From: Eledone cirrhosa
Taxonomy: Eukaryota
Direction of reading: 5' to 3'
DNA length: 64,000 nt
Assembly: GCA_964016885.1 (NCBI GenBank)
Contig: OZ024749.1
Coordinates: forward strand, 45,384,001 to 45,448,000
This document shows, in pieces, positions 17,089-31,975 of this stretch (position 1 is its first letter; the number at the start of each line of letters is the position of its first letter). The translations under genes were made by a program, and so were the position numbers. Below the pieces are notes generated by a model, which was not told where the DNA came from, made no database searches, and saw nothing but the letters and a program-made list of their open reading frames with translations.

Positions 17089-17660
17089 TAAGAAAAATGG
17101 AGTGCTGCGTGGTTGCGCATGGGTTACATATGAATAAAATTAGTCCTTCATCAGTGATCTTCCAACCTTCATTGGTATTTCATCGCTTTAAAAATCATAT
17201 ACCTCTGGTTGGTGCGAGCAATAACTAAATACAGTTATTGGGACAATTAAAATAGGGTGAAACGAGCGAGACATGTAAACAAACAAAGATGGTATTGCAA
17301 CGGAAACATAGGAAGAGACAAGTACATGATATCTGTAAGCTTAAGCTTGGTGAAATCATGGACGAGAGATACAGACCATCCGACTTGGGTGAGATGTGAG
17401 CGAGAAAAGGATTTCACACAGGTCAAACGGGAGGAAGTGAGAGAGGGGGAGAAGCAAAGAGTGAGTGAGTGGAAGTGCGAGGAAGAGACCAGCTGAGAGA
17501 GAGAGTGTGACTGGCAGAGGGAGTAAACAGAAGGTGAGAGATACAGAGAGAGAACAAGCAGTAAGAAAGAAACAGACAATCGCAGCTGAGGAAAAATATA
17601 AATATAAGAAAAATGGAGTGCTGCGTGGTTGCACATGGGTTACATATGAATAACATTAGT

Positions 17661-17663
<3 letters not shown>
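17089..17663. repeat. 59-bp direct repeats (17089-17147 and 17605-17663) bounding a segment between two (TA)n tracts
   Basis: taagaaaaatggagtgctgcgtggttgc(g/a)catgggttacatatgaataa(a/c)attagtcctt. Confidence 0.85.
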
Positions 17664-17725
<62 letters not shown>

Positions 17726-17742
17726 CACACATATGTATGTAA

Positions 17743-17780
<38 letters not shown>

Positions 17781-18941
17781 CTTTCATCTATTCACATGCA
17801 GAATCACGTGTAATATACACAAACCCGGAATTTAGCTCCACTTTAACTCTCAAAATTCTGTGAATGCTTAGCAAAAAATGTCACAAAACAGTTTTGACAA
17901 TTCAAAGCTTTATGGTATTTACACTGATCGGATAAATATTTTAGTATGATGAAATAATTGTACCGTTTTGTTCTTTTCGAGAATTACATGCGATCGTAGT
18001 CTTACTTGTTGCATGACGGTAAGAGATAATGAAGTCTTAGTGTTGACGTATAGTGTTGAAGGTGACGAATTATTGCACCCCCTCCAGCGATTATCGGAAG
18101 GGAGGTAATCGTGTAAGCAAAATTTGCTATCTTTAATTGACTATTCCTACCTATTCTTCGGTAATCTCTGAATGAATACGATCTCGAATACAAGTGGTCA
18201 AATTGAGTTTCCTCTGAATGGTCTGTGGGGTAAGCTTACTCGAGATAAGTATGCAACGTCTCTGATGTCAAGGAATTTCTCCAGGTGGTGTCGCTACTTA
18301 TCTGAATCAAGAGATCACATATCCGGTACAATCACATGCGGTCAGAATGTCTAAGGAAGAATACCTGGACAGATTCCACATGTACTTTTTACTAAAGTGT
18401 CAATAATAAGAAGAACACATGTGGATACGTCTTTGAATATTGACTTGTCATGTCCAGTTTATAAGAATTATCTTTCTAATAGTCACACGATATAATTTAA
18501 GACCCCACCTCGTGTAATGTTTAATTTCTTTACGTTTTCAGAAACATATTTGATTTTGATATAGTACTTTCTAAATATATATATATCTGCTTCGATGATT
18601 AATTAATCTGCCACTTTATTTATCGTATTTCCAATGTCGATATATATACCAACAAAACCAGTTACTCAGAGTCTTTTCATCGAAAGATAAATGTACGGTG
18701 AGCATTCTGACCATACTCAGGGTACCCTGTCCAGACTCCAACAAAAACATTCATCTGTATATACTCATTCTGAATGAAAATCATTGCATCAATATCTCCA
18801 TACTACTGAGGCCATGGATACTTTTCTTCCAATTCTGAATATTTTATCTAAAAGAAGTTTCATTATATCATGTTAAGTATTCCATCCGTTCAACCACTTG
18901 GATTTCAAAAGTATTCCCTCTATACCTAGATCAACAAGGAG

Positions 18942-19161
18942 CGAACGACTTTTATCAAATCGGACCGAGGAAACAATGTTTCCGTTGGTCTTTCCAGTTG
19001 CTAGTACTATCTATCGGTCGCAACTCCAGGTAGAAGGAGCAACATTAAAGTGTCTTGAAAGTGTCTTGCTCAAGGACATAACGCATCGCCCGGTCCAGGA
19101 ATCGAACTTACAACCTCAAGATTTTAATCCAATTCTCTAACCACTCAGCCACACGCTTTCA
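18942..19161 (-). mobile_element. CORE-like SINE (family 2)
   Basis: Reverse-complement match to 61052-61266. Confidence 0.85.
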
Positions 19162-19679
19162 CTAAGATCAACAAATATTATATCATTACAAGAGTTCTAA
19201 ATATTACATTGCTCTCACCCTTCAGAAAAAATAAATCCAGTTGTTTTGTTTTGTTTTTTCATTATTTGCCCCGACGTTGCTTGAGTTAACGGATTCTGGT
19301 TCGGTTTATTGAACCCTTGTGGCTTATGAAGATCTTTTACGGTTATATTTTATAAAAAGAGTGGTCGTTCGATTCAATCTACTATAACCCTTTTCTCTAT
19401 CAAAATGTCTCGAGGCGAACTCAAAAGAAATCATTATTCATAAAATTTTCTTGTTCATATTTTTTTCCAAAGAAATATATGTCCTGAAGAATTCATAGTG
19501 TTTAAGTACACCCGAACACGCAAGAACTATCACAACAGAAGATTTTGGCAAGTATAAAAGATGAATTTATTTATCTATTTTTCTTCAATATATAAAAAAG
19601 AAATAACTAAATGAAGGAAGGAATTTCATGTAACATAATATCTTCTACTGAAAATATGGGAAGTTCAAACTAGCGCTAT

Positions 19680-22300
19680 CAACAACACCATCACTACCAC
19701 CGATACAGTAACAACAACAACAACACGAACAACAATAACAAAAATAACAAAAGCAATAGCAGAACTAACAACAACAATGGAGAGACAACTGGAGCAACGA
19801 CAACAGCAACACAAATATAACAACAACAACAATAATAACAATAGCAGCAGCAAGAAAAGCGTCAACAACAATAACAACAGAAATAAATGCAAAATGCCAG
19901 CAATAATAAAAAATAAGAACAGCAACAACATCAGTAACAGAAAACATTTGCAAGAACAGTAACAACAATAGTAACAACAACAACTGCGGCAAGAAGAAGA
20001 AGAAGAAGAAGAAGAAGAAGAAGAAGAAGAAGAAGAAGAAGAAGAAGAAGAAGAAGAAGAAGAAGAAGAAGAAGAAGAAGAAGAGCAGTGAGAAAAATAG
20101 AATGAACAATACGAGAAAAAAATAACACCAATAACGAAAACAAGAACCACAAGAAAAATAACAACAAGAATGATAGGGAAAAAAGAAAGGGGCTATGCAA
20201 CCTCAACCCCCACACTATAATCACCATTATCAACATCATCAATAAAAACACATCACTATCATCACCATCAATACCAACACAACCAACAATACCGTCCCCT
20301 CCGAAATTGATACCTTAATTCAGAAAAAACATATTTTAAACAAACCCCACACCAGTAAGGAACAGCATGAAAAACTACTTCCCCAATTATCACCCAAACA
20401 CCATCAAAACCGCCACCACACACATCTCTAGCAACATCTCCGTCCCTACAACCACTACTGGTAACCACAAATATCATTACAATCTCAAAGCTTTCAACAC
20501 CACTATCACAACCAACACAACAACATCGCTACTAACACAACCAAAAGCACGAGCAGAACCGCCAACAGGACACCACAACAACCATGACTACCTACCCAAT
20601 ATCAATCACCACCTTCAACTGCGAACATAGCTCCACAGCCACCGCTAATACAGTAGCTACTATCAAAGCCCACAAGCTATAGTGCCACTTCCACAATCAA
20701 TAACACCATCAAGCTAAATATAGAACACGATGGCCGTGAATCGGCCGAATTGTTAGTGCATCGAACAATAATCTTTGCAATATTTAGTTTTGGCCCTTTA
20801 CTTTGTATTTCAAATTCTTGTATCGATAAAATAATTGTTTCTATTTTAGGCACAAGGCCAGCGATTACCCAGTGCATTACTGGTACTTTATTTTATCGAC
20901 CCCGTAAGGATGAAAGGCAAAGTCAACCTCGGCGGGATTTGAACTCATAAAATAATGTACCAACAAAGTTCTGGCACCGATATATTCGACTTTCTCATCC
21001 CACCGAATCGCTGGTCTTGTGTCGATATATATAAAAAAAAACTGTTATTATGCGAAGTATCATAGCTGTTTCCTGCCGAAGTTGACTGCATTATCAGCAA
21101 CGAAATATGTAAACATCAGTAGTAATCCGATAACCCAGTGCTTAAGAATAATGTTTATTGTGTGGTTTATTATGGTGATATTGCTCTGATAAACCTATTC
21201 TTCACTCTCGTAATAATATATGATGTGAACAAGTGCATGTTCTGCTGAAAACATGTAACACACAAGCTCAATATATACTTGATATAAAAAAAAATACGAT
21301 GCACAATAAAATATGCAAAACTTCCCCCTCTCCAACAAAATAAAATCAACAGCGAACGTATGCCGTCAACAATAGCATACAAGCAAACCGTCTCCACCAC
21401 CAATAACATCACCATCCTGATAACAACGAGAGCAATGCCTTCAACAATGATCTTATCATTGACTATAAAACATAACTATAACAATGTGACCAACTGCACC
21501 TTCAGCATGCTGACTATAGCAACAGTAACACACACACTAACTATATCCTCTACAATATCACACAACTGTACCATGGCCACCAGTAACACCACCGACATGT
21601 CGATAACAACTATAACAACAACATTGACCCTGTCGTCACCCACAACAACATTCTATATCCTCGTTGCCCTCAACACCACAATGATATTGGTGGTGGTATT
21701 GTCACTATTGTCGTTAGACAATAGTGACAATACCACCACCAATATCATTACCAATACCATCGTTACCACCGATGCCACCAACATGCTGGTAACAGCAAAC
21801 ATTACAATAACAATAACAATAGCCATATCAGCAACAATAACACTATTATAATATTGTCTACACCAATACTACACCATGACATCGACAAGAACAGTAAACA
21901 AAAAAACCTATTAGAAAAGTAACAACAGTGGCCATATCGTCTAAAATAACACACTTCATAACAAGCAACACCAACACCAACATAATACCAATAACAGCAG
22001 CAACAACAACAACAACAACAACAGTGAAAATAACAAGAACATTATGAAAATACAATAAGAAAAATAATAATAATGACCCTATCGTCAAACATAACAGACT
22101 TCATAACCACCAACATCAAGGCCAAACCGATAACAACAACAACAACAGTAACCATATTGTCAACAGTAACAGACAACTATAACTACGCCACCATCAACAA
22201 CAGCATCATCATCCCAGTAACATCAACAGCGTCATAATCACACAATTATATCATCATCACCAACAATACCATCTCCATGTCGATAACAATAATAACAACA
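19680..22300. repeat. Cryptic (AAC)/(ACC)/(ATC) low-complexity domain including (GAA)n at 19992-20084
   Basis: Degenerate trinucleotide periodicity with A/C strand bias. Confidence 0.8.
20833..20947 (-). mobile_element. SINE family 1, 5'-truncated
   Basis: Match from the 3' end to the B-box. Confidence 0.85.
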
Positions 22301-23221
22301 TGAATAATATTGTAAGAAACCAGACATCCGATGGAATTGCAAACAAGGATTGATATTTCTCCATTTTCTTACTTTCTTCTCCATTCCAAGGGAATTTTTA
22401 GACATTGTTTTCCCTTTCTTCCTTTCTTGAATTATTTTTTCATCATTTTTACATTTTTGTGCATTTCATTACACACTTTCTTTCATTCTTTCTTTCTTTC
22501 TTTCTATCTTTCTTTCTTTCTTTTTTTCATTCATTCATTCATTCTTTTTTATTTTTCATTCATGTTTCCTTTTTCATTCCTTCTTTCTTTCTTTCCTTCA
22601 ATATCATTTTTCTTTCTATTCCTTCATAATATTTATTCGATTTTCAACGATTTCGGATAAAAAAAAATATATATACAACAAAAAAAGAAAAAAATACCAC
22701 AATACTCAAAAAACATCAACAACAACACGTGAAATAAAACAATAACAACAACTACTACACTATTACAATAACTAAATACACCAGAGAAAAAATAATAAAA
22801 ATAAAAATAACAACAGAAATACAAAATACAAGAAAAAACATAAATAAAATAGTAGCTAAAATATAGAATAAATATAGTAAAACAAAACAAGAAAATATAT
22901 AAAGAAAAAGAATAAAAGAAATGAGAACAAAAATAAAAGCAAGTCTCTCTATATATCATACAAGCCATATATGTTGAACCTATTATCAGCAAGGGAAGAG
23001 TCACGCCGGGTGTCTGCCCCAGGAAAAAAATAAAGAAGTAAAGATATTAAAATAAAAATAAAAAAAGAAATAATTTCGCCATGTTGTTATGCCAGCTGCA
23101 TGTCACGTGCTAGTCAAGCCAATCTCCCTCTCCACTTCCTAAGTCACACACAGACGCAATCAAATAAACATGCATATATAACATACATTATATAGATATA
23201 TATACATACACAACAAACAGA

Positions 23222-23278
<57 letters not shown>

Positions 23279-24000
23279 TACACAATCACAGAAACATGCA
23301 TATATACATATATACATATATACATACACAAGATGTATATCATACATATATACATACGCAACATGCATAACATACATATATACATATATACATACACAAT
23401 ATACATAACATACATATATACATATATACATACACAACATACATAACATACATATATACAAATATACATATACACAATATACACAATATACATATATACA
23501 GATATGTACATACACACTTTTATACATACTGACATACAAATACCCCGTCACTTCATTATTTATTAATGCAGTTACTTTTTTTTTTTCGTTCAGTCATCAA
23601 CGTAAATTGTTTCCTCTCTACCTGCATTTTTACCTTTTTAATTTTTATTTATATTTTTTGGCTGACTGAAATTCACCGCTATGATCTCAGGAAAAGCAAT
23701 CAGCTGAAAATGATTTTGAATCCCTGGTCGATATTAAAGAAAGATTATAACGAAAATGTACCAGTTATAATTTCGGTTACAACACAGAGGAGGAAAAATA
23801 GTGACCGTGACCTTTTTTAAAGACATCGAGGTTTGTAAACGAAATAGATGACAATATGCACAAGCGTATTTTGAATACCAGCAATTGTATGGAACCTGTT
23901 ATAGGGTGGAGTATAATGACCTCTCACAATTTGGAGGATATCAAAAAAAGCTGTAGGCGATCTTTATGTTCGACCCTGTATTGTTAAATTATATCAAAGT

Positions 24001-24610
24001 GGATCATCTCTCATTTCTGACGCTAAACAAATTTGGACTTACCAAAATCAATTTCAGTACACCAGTGTTGATTTATCCTTCAGCAATAATTTTTAGAAAT
24101 TTCGACGTTTCCGCCGGCCAGTTTCGAACTCAGAACGTAAATAAACCTAACTTTTACTCATACCGCATGACAACTCATTTAACACTACCATCTCTTCAGG
24201 CTCAAATTCTGCTGCTGATTTATGCTAAGGATTTGAACGAGGATGAGTTTCAATTTTTTCTTTGATCAAGAAGGAAGTAAGGCGTTTGGGAATATAGAAA
24301 AAAAGTACCATTCGAATACTTGGTAAGATACGATCGATTAACTCCTACACCAATCTTTGTGGCTTTGTCTCATTGTGAGAAACAATTAATTTTATTGCTG
24401 TTGAGTTGGAAGTGATGGTATGGTAAAGTTAAACGGTTTTTCTTGCGGCATGGGTTAAAATTAGGTCTGTTTCCTTTCAGAGTTCGAAACTGGCCGACAG
24501 AAACGCCGAAATTTCTAAAATTGGTGCTGAATGATAAATTAATACTGATGTTCTGAAATGGATTTTGGTAAGTAACAATTTGTTTGGTGTTAGAATGGGG
24601 ACATGATCCT
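24001..24610. mobile_element. Head-to-head pair of old SINE-like repeats
   Basis: About 24001-24195 (-) and 24415-24610 (+) share gagttcgaaactggccg..gaaacg.cgaaatttctaaaa (B-box-like). Confidence 0.55.
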
Positions 24611-25399
24611 CTCAGATACAATTAAACATTTTCAAAGCATTCAGAAGATCCACCATACTAAATATACAATAAAATGTGGAAGTTGCTGATGAATGATGCT
24701 GACAATTTATATCCCCAATGTTTTCCATATAAGTGACACAAAAATTAAATAATAATTGTTTTATAAGTGTTGTGGATTAGCACAATAGTTAGAGCACCAG
24801 ACAAATGTTTTTGGATTTTATCGTTGAATAAAATGCTCGCAGAATTTAACTTTGCCTTCCTTCATTCCGGAATAGATAAAATAATGTACCAGTCATGTAC
24901 TGGTGTCAATGTTATTGATTTTCCTCTCACTCGCTAAATAGCTGACCTTGTTCCTAGATTAGAAACCATTGCTATTGTTGCTATATATATTATCGATATG
25001 AAATCGTATACAATTATAATACGTTTATTCAATTGAATAATCATTCAAATATAAATTCCATTTCTTTAAATATTGGGCTTGAGCCTAGTCAACAGAAAAG
25101 AAAGCATATCATCGATATATTTATTTCATTCGTTCAAAATCGATAACATAAGCAGTAGTAATAAATACATCGAGACGATTCAATTGACCTTGCATCTAAG
25201 AAATAAATCAATATTATTAATATCATCTTCATAATTATTTTGCCACGAATAAGGCCTCTTGTAGTGAAGAGTCTTTAGTATGTGGCTTGCAATCTAGCAC
25301 TGTCTCGTCTAAAAATAAAATGTGATGATGTTTACTGGAGACCACAATCAGTAGTCACTCGCTTAATAGCAAATATTATGAATACTGCTGCTTCTGTCA

Positions 25400-25449
<50 letters not shown>

Positions 25450-26372
25450 TATTCATCATCATCATCATCATCGCCTGCAATAAACTGTAAGAACATGCAA
25501 GGCTAAAAATAATGAGTTGGCAACACACGAGAGAAACACACAAGTGGCTTGACAGCTGAGGTACCATAAATATAACATGAACATGTGGATATTCCACCTG
25601 TTAGAAATAACAGCGAAGCCTTTTAAAATATACATAGGTCTTTAAAAAAAAAAAAATAAAGTGGATGATGTTGATTCAAGTGCTTTTGCCAAAGAAAGAG
25701 AATGGAATTTGACCTGGGGCTACAAATGAACAACAAAACGAGAAGAAAATCAATAACTGAAATAAGAATAACCTCCGGTATCCGAATCAGTAACAAATGC
25801 TTCAGTTTTTAAAAAGGACAGCTATGCTTGTATACCCAACATTGGAATAGAATGGATCAATGTTGGATTTGGTGAGGAGTATCTCATTTGTTCGAGCAAC
25901 GGAGAAGTCTGCACATGAAATTAGATTTGATGTGGCTGATCATTGTATAGATATATTTACCCTTAAAGTGATTCTAAGGGTGATTCAGCGAGCCAGTGTA
26001 TCTTATAGGCACTGTTCATGCGACGGGCTTTCAAGATTTTCCGTTTTATTAATTTCACTCTCAAGGCTTGGACCGATCATAGACTAAGGGAAGTTTTATT
26101 TCCCCAAGATCATATGCGGAGAAATGCGAGGGTTATAATCATCTTCACTTTAATCATATTTTTCTTGTTAATGTAGACCAAGGAACATAAGTAATTTGTG
26201 AATAAAAGATCTTCGTATAAACAGTTAATTATATAATTATATAAACAAAAATCACACACTCATATATATGTTTGTGTGTTTGCGTAGCAACAGGAATGGA
26301 CTTATTATTACTCTAACATTTTTTTCCAATTCCACCCGACCCATCCCTTCAATCTATCTAATTTATCATTAT

Positions 26373-26410
26373 TTCTTCTGATGAAAGACTAGCGTCCGAA
26401 ACGTTAAGGA
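26373..26410 (+). ncRNA. Minimal type I hammerhead ribozyme motif, family A
   Basis: ttctt-CTGATGA-a-agac(tagc)gtcc-GAAA-cg-TT-aagga; sister copies have ggac in stem II; loopless palindromic ACGT stem III. Confidence 0.8.
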
Positions 26411-26477
26411 GCCTGTTCCTGCTAGTTCAAGGTTAACCTAATATATTCCTTCCATATACTTACCGATTGTTATTTCT

Positions 26478-26657
26478 GTGGATTGGCAGTTTCGGTAGAG
26501 GGTCAGACACCATGCTTTCCAGCATAGTTACGTCCCTTTACGATCTGAGTTCAAATCCCGCCGAGGTTGACTTTGCCTTTCATCCTTACGGGGTCGATAA
26601 AATAAAGTACCAGTAATGCACTGGGTAATTGCTGGCCTTTTGCCTAAAGTAGAAACA
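26478..26657 (+). mobile_element. SINE family 1 with TSD, nested in a family A element
   Basis: TSD gttatttctgt at 26469-26479 and 26658-26668. Confidence 0.9.
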
Positions 26658-26925
26658 GTTATTTCTGTTTACCTTTTACACACACACACACACATATATA
26701 TATATGTGTGTGTGTGTGTAAGTATGTATGTATGTATGTATGTATGTATGTATCTATGTAGGAGTGTGTGTATGTGTGTAGGTATGTGTGTGTGCGTGCG
26801 CGAGCGCGCGTGTGTGTGTATGGGTGTTTGTTTGTGACTATCTCTTGAATAGTTTCAGAAAATAAAGTTTAATGAAAACTTTACTCACAAAATGTGTCGG
26901 AATTACTGTACTAAAAGAAATGATA

Positions 26926-26957
<32 letters not shown>

Positions 26958-26974
26958 AGGACATCAAAAACAAA

Positions 26975-29283
26975 TCAACAACACCAACACCACAACACAA
27001 CTACTACCAACTATGTGACCACTACTACCACCAACACCACAACACAACTACTACCAATTATATGACCACTACTACCACCAACACCACGACACAACTACTA
27101 CCAACTATGTGACCACTACTAACACCAACACCACAACCACAACTACTACCAACTATGTGACCACTACTACTACCAACACCACAACCACAACTACTACCAA
27201 CTATGTGACCACTACTACTACCAACACCACAACACAACTACTACCAACTATGTGACCACTACTACTACCAACACCACAACCACAACTACTACCAACTATG
27301 TGACCACTACTACTACCAACACCACAACCACAACTACTACCAACTATTTGACCACTACTACAACCTACACCACGACACAACTACTACCAACTATATGACC
27401 CCTACTACCACCAAGACCACAACCACAACTACTACCAACTATATGACCACTACTACCACCAACACCGCAACCACAACTACTACCAACTATATGACCACTA
27501 CTACCACCAACACCACAACCACAACTACTACCATCTATATGACCACTACTACCACCAACACCACAACCACAACTACTACCAACTATTTGACCACTACTAC
27601 CACCTACACCACGACACAACTACTACCAACTATATGACCACTACTACCACCAACACCACAACCACAACTACTACCAACTATATGACCACTACTACCACCA
27701 ACACCGCAACCACAACTACTACCAACTATATGACCACTACTAACACCAACACCGCAACCACAACTACTACCAACTATATGACCACTACTACCACCTACAC
27801 CACGACACAACTACTACCAACTATATGACCACTACTACCACCTACACCACGACACAACTACTACCAACTATATGACCACTACTACCACCAACACCACAAC
27901 CACAACTACTACCAACTATATGACCACTACTAACACCAACACCACAACCACAACTACTACCAACTACTTGACCACTACTACCACCTACACCACGACACAA
28001 CTACTACCAACTATATGACCCCTACTACCACCAAGACCACAACCACAACTACTACCAATATATGACCACTACTACCACCAAGACCACAACCACAACTACT
28101 ACCAATATATGACCACTACTACCACCTACACCACGACACAACTACTACCAACTATATGACCCCTACTACCACCAAGACCACAACCACAACTACTATCAAC
28201 TATGTGACCACTACTACTACCTACACCACGACACAACTATTACCAATATATGACCACTACTACCACCTACACCGCAACCACAACTACTACCAACTATTTG
28301 ACCACTACTACCACCTACACCACGACACAACTACTACCAATATATGACCATTACTACCACCTACACCACGACACAACTACTACCAACTATGTGACCACTA
28401 CTACCACCAACACCACAACCACAACTACTACCAACTATTTGCCCACTACTACCACCTACACCACGACACAACTACTACCAACTATATGACCACTACTACC
28501 ACCAACACTCACAACCACAACTACTACCAACTATATGACCACTACTACCACCAACACCACAACCACAACTACTACCAACTATTTGACCACTACTACCACC
28601 TACACCACGACACAAATACTACCAACTATATGACCACTACTAACACCAACACCGCAACCACAACTACTACCAACTATATGACCACTACTACCACCAACAC
28701 CACAACCACAACTACTAACATCTATATGACCACTACTACCACCAACACCACAACCACAACTACTACCAACTATTTGACCACTACTACCACCTACACCACG
28801 ACACAACTACTACCAACTATATGACCACTACTACCACCAACACCACAACCACAACTACTACCAACTATATGACCACTACTACCACCAACACCGCAACCAC
28901 AACTACTACCAACTATATGACCATTACTAACACCAACACCGCAACCACAACTACTACCAACTATATGACCACTACTACCACCTACACCACGACACAACTA
29001 CTACCAACTATATGACCACTACTACCACCTACACCACGACACAACTACTACCAACTATATGACCACTACTACCACCAACACCACAACCACAACTACTACC
29101 AACTATATGACCACTACTAACACCAACACCACAACCACAACTACTACCAACTATTTGACCACAACTACCACCTACACCACGACACAACTACTACCAACTA
29201 TTTGACCACTACTACCACCTACACCACGACACAACTACTACCAAGTATATGACCACTACTAACACCAACACCGCAACCACCAC
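26975..29283. repeat. 47/48-bp C/A-rich minisatellite, about 48 units
   Basis: Units ccactactaccaccaacaccacaaccacaactactaccaactatatga (48 bp) and ccactactaccacctacaccacgacacaactactaccaactatatga (47 bp). Confidence 0.95.
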
Positions 29284-29471
29284 ATAACCAGCACCTAAAA
29301 CAATAAACAGGTTTAAATACAAAACACTCGGCTAATGGGAGCAAGCCCACCTAATACCAGCGTGCGTTAAATGTTAATGTGTCTTACTTAAACAGGTTAA
29401 TATAATCTTGAACTAGTGAAGCAAATTGGTCTCACCTTTGAATCATGTATATATATATATATATGGGATAT

Positions 29472-29536
<65 letters not shown>

Positions 29537-29539
<3 letters not shown>

Positions 29540-29937
29540 AAAGTTTTATTTAAGATTGTTGGGTTACAACGAGTAAATATTTTATAACTGATATAAAAGC
29601 ACTCAACAGTTTCTGGAGTAGGTTTACGATATTAAACAAATGGAAACTATATTTATAAAACCATATTTATTTCGTTATATATATTTCTGGGATATCATAT
29701 TAAAAATATGGTATGCCTTCCTCAGACAAAATACAATACATAAGCTGTTTTATAAATAATTAGCTTTTTAAAAGGAAGTTGCATTATTACAAGGTATGTC
29801 ACTAATTATTTATAAAACAGCTTATGTATTGTATTTTGTCTGAGGAAGGCATACCATATTTTTAATATGATATCCCAGAAATATATATAACGAAATAAAT
29901 ATGGTTTTATAAATATAGTTTCCATTTGTTTAATATC

Positions 29938-29940
<3 letters not shown>
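29537..29940. mobile_element. PLE-type pLTR insertion, inverted duplication (family B)
   Basis: 139-bp arms 29625-29763 and 29802-29940, 38-bp spacer, about 88-nt tail on the left arm, flanked by (TA)n. Confidence 0.75.
29832..29897 (+). ncRNA. Type I hammerhead ribozyme motif, family B; mirror copy on the - strand at 29668-29733
   Basis: tattttgt-CTGAGGA-[aggcataccatatt(ttt)aatatgatatccca]-GAAA-tatata-TA-acgaaata: 8-bp stem I with one G-U, imperfect long stem II, palindromic stem III. Confidence 0.75.
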
Positions 29941-29976
<36 letters not shown>

Positions 29977-30059
29977 TATATGCATATATGCGTATATACG
30001 TAACTACATACATATACATACATATGTGCGTATATACATGTGTTTGTGTCTGTGTATCA

Positions 30060-30108
<49 letters not shown>

Positions 30109-31913
30109 GGTGGTGGTGGTGGTGTGTGGTTAGTAGTAGTACCAGCAGCAGCTTGGAACGAAAGAGGTAAACAAAGTTTTAAAAGTTATATCTATATCTG
30201 TTTATTTCGCCATGTTGCCCTAAATAGTTAACGGCTTCCTATTTCAGCATAAACAAACAATATCATTCGACAAAACAGTTTAAGTTTGGGCCCATGTTTG
30301 ATCGAAATAAAGGAATCAATCGATATGTCATTGTATATAAGTTCCGTTGTATATCACCTCAGGTGTAGTGTTGAGATCCATCCATGTACGAATGTTATTG
30401 ATTCAGTGTGTTCATAAAGTAAATAGGAATATATTCCACACCAAAAGTTGTGATTTCATCCTAAAGTATGAGCCATTAAATGTTCGTCCAAATGTACAAG
30501 AATTGTAAGCTCTGGAAGCGGTTTTGGCGAAGCATCTTGCCATTAATTCTGACGAACTCAACGACAATTACAATATTTTCCAAACGATTATGCTACGCAA
30601 ACTGAAAATGCTCGAAAAACCTTTCAATATTAAAATAAGGGGCCCACATTATATGTCTATCGAGAATCACTTGCAATATATCTATTTGCATGAATCGTTG
30701 CTTATAGGATACCTCATCCCGGCCCTATTGTGTCTGACTCGATACTGGATATGAAATCATTAGCAGAATGTTAATTGCCGTTCACTGGGAATGTGTCTTG
30801 CCACTGTAAAGGTTCTTGCATCTAAGTATTATCTCATTAGGAATTCTTAAACAATAATGAAATAATTATAACTAAGGTCTTCTACCAAATGCTTGGAAGA
30901 GAATTTGGATAAGTACAAGTAAACTTGAATGTTCTCAAGGATTGTGTAAGTAAATATATAAACCTCATTATTTCCTTTAAAAGTACAAGTAACCTTGAAA
31001 CTTCTCAAAGATTGTGTAAGTAAATATATGAAACTCACTATTTCATTTAAAAGTGAATCGTTCATTCATAAAGGAATAGAACATACAGTACTTACATAAT
31101 TAGATATCTGCACTCAAAACAAGTTACTATTTATCTTATTTCCCATAAAACAGCGACTTTCAAACCTTTTTTATCCACGACATAGTAAGTAAACACGCTA
31201 AATATGTTACAACACACCATCTGGTCCTTCAATTCTGATAAAAATAGCGGGTGTTTCAATTATATTAATCATTTAGCATTTAAACCGGCCACATCCAGCC
31301 AATACTTTCTTACCTCTTTCAGTTCAAAGAAAGTGTTATAAGATACTCAATTGCTCAGGTGTGATGCATTGAAATAATAATGTGCGAATTTTAATAGCAA
31401 TCATATATAGTCCATGAATATATGTGGTGCGTGTGTTCCATTTACAGAAAACAATGCTACGAAAACTTAAATCTCAGTATCTCAGAAGACTCCGATTCTT
31501 TACAAGCAACAGCTATAGAAAATGTCCCCTCAGCACAAACATTTTCCAAAACACTATCCCGCACGAAACTCACCGTATTTTATTGTGACAAAAAAACAAA
31601 CTGTGAGTTGGCAGCTTCCACTGAAGGACACACAGATAAGAAATACAATAATGGTTACATATAGTATGATATGGTTATATTTAAGGTAATAAAAAAATCT
31701 TATTTTAGGGAGAAAATTAACACTAATCAAATGTAAAAGATATTCAGATAGAAGACAAATTAGGTTCATTTTGAATGAACGGTTTTCAGTAGAAAAGTTA
31801 CGAATACTTTAAAATCTTTTTCTAGCAAAACAAGCATCAATATGAATCACTTGGCTTCTAAAATCCACACTCATCCTCATAGATACACACTCTTACCCAT
31901 CTTTTTCTATCTT

Positions 31914-31975
<62 letters not shown>

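Larger units (their letters stand above)
26294..26677 (+). mobile_element. Family A HHR-bearing element (about 205 bp) interrupted by a SINE
   Basis: Homologous to 7025-7182 and 49333-49539; ends ctgtttacctttta before (CA)n. Confidence 0.7.

Noticed and set aside
26975-29283. CRISPR array or mucin-like Thr-rich exon
   Set aside because: No unique spacers or cas genes; 47-bp units shift the frame and introduce stops
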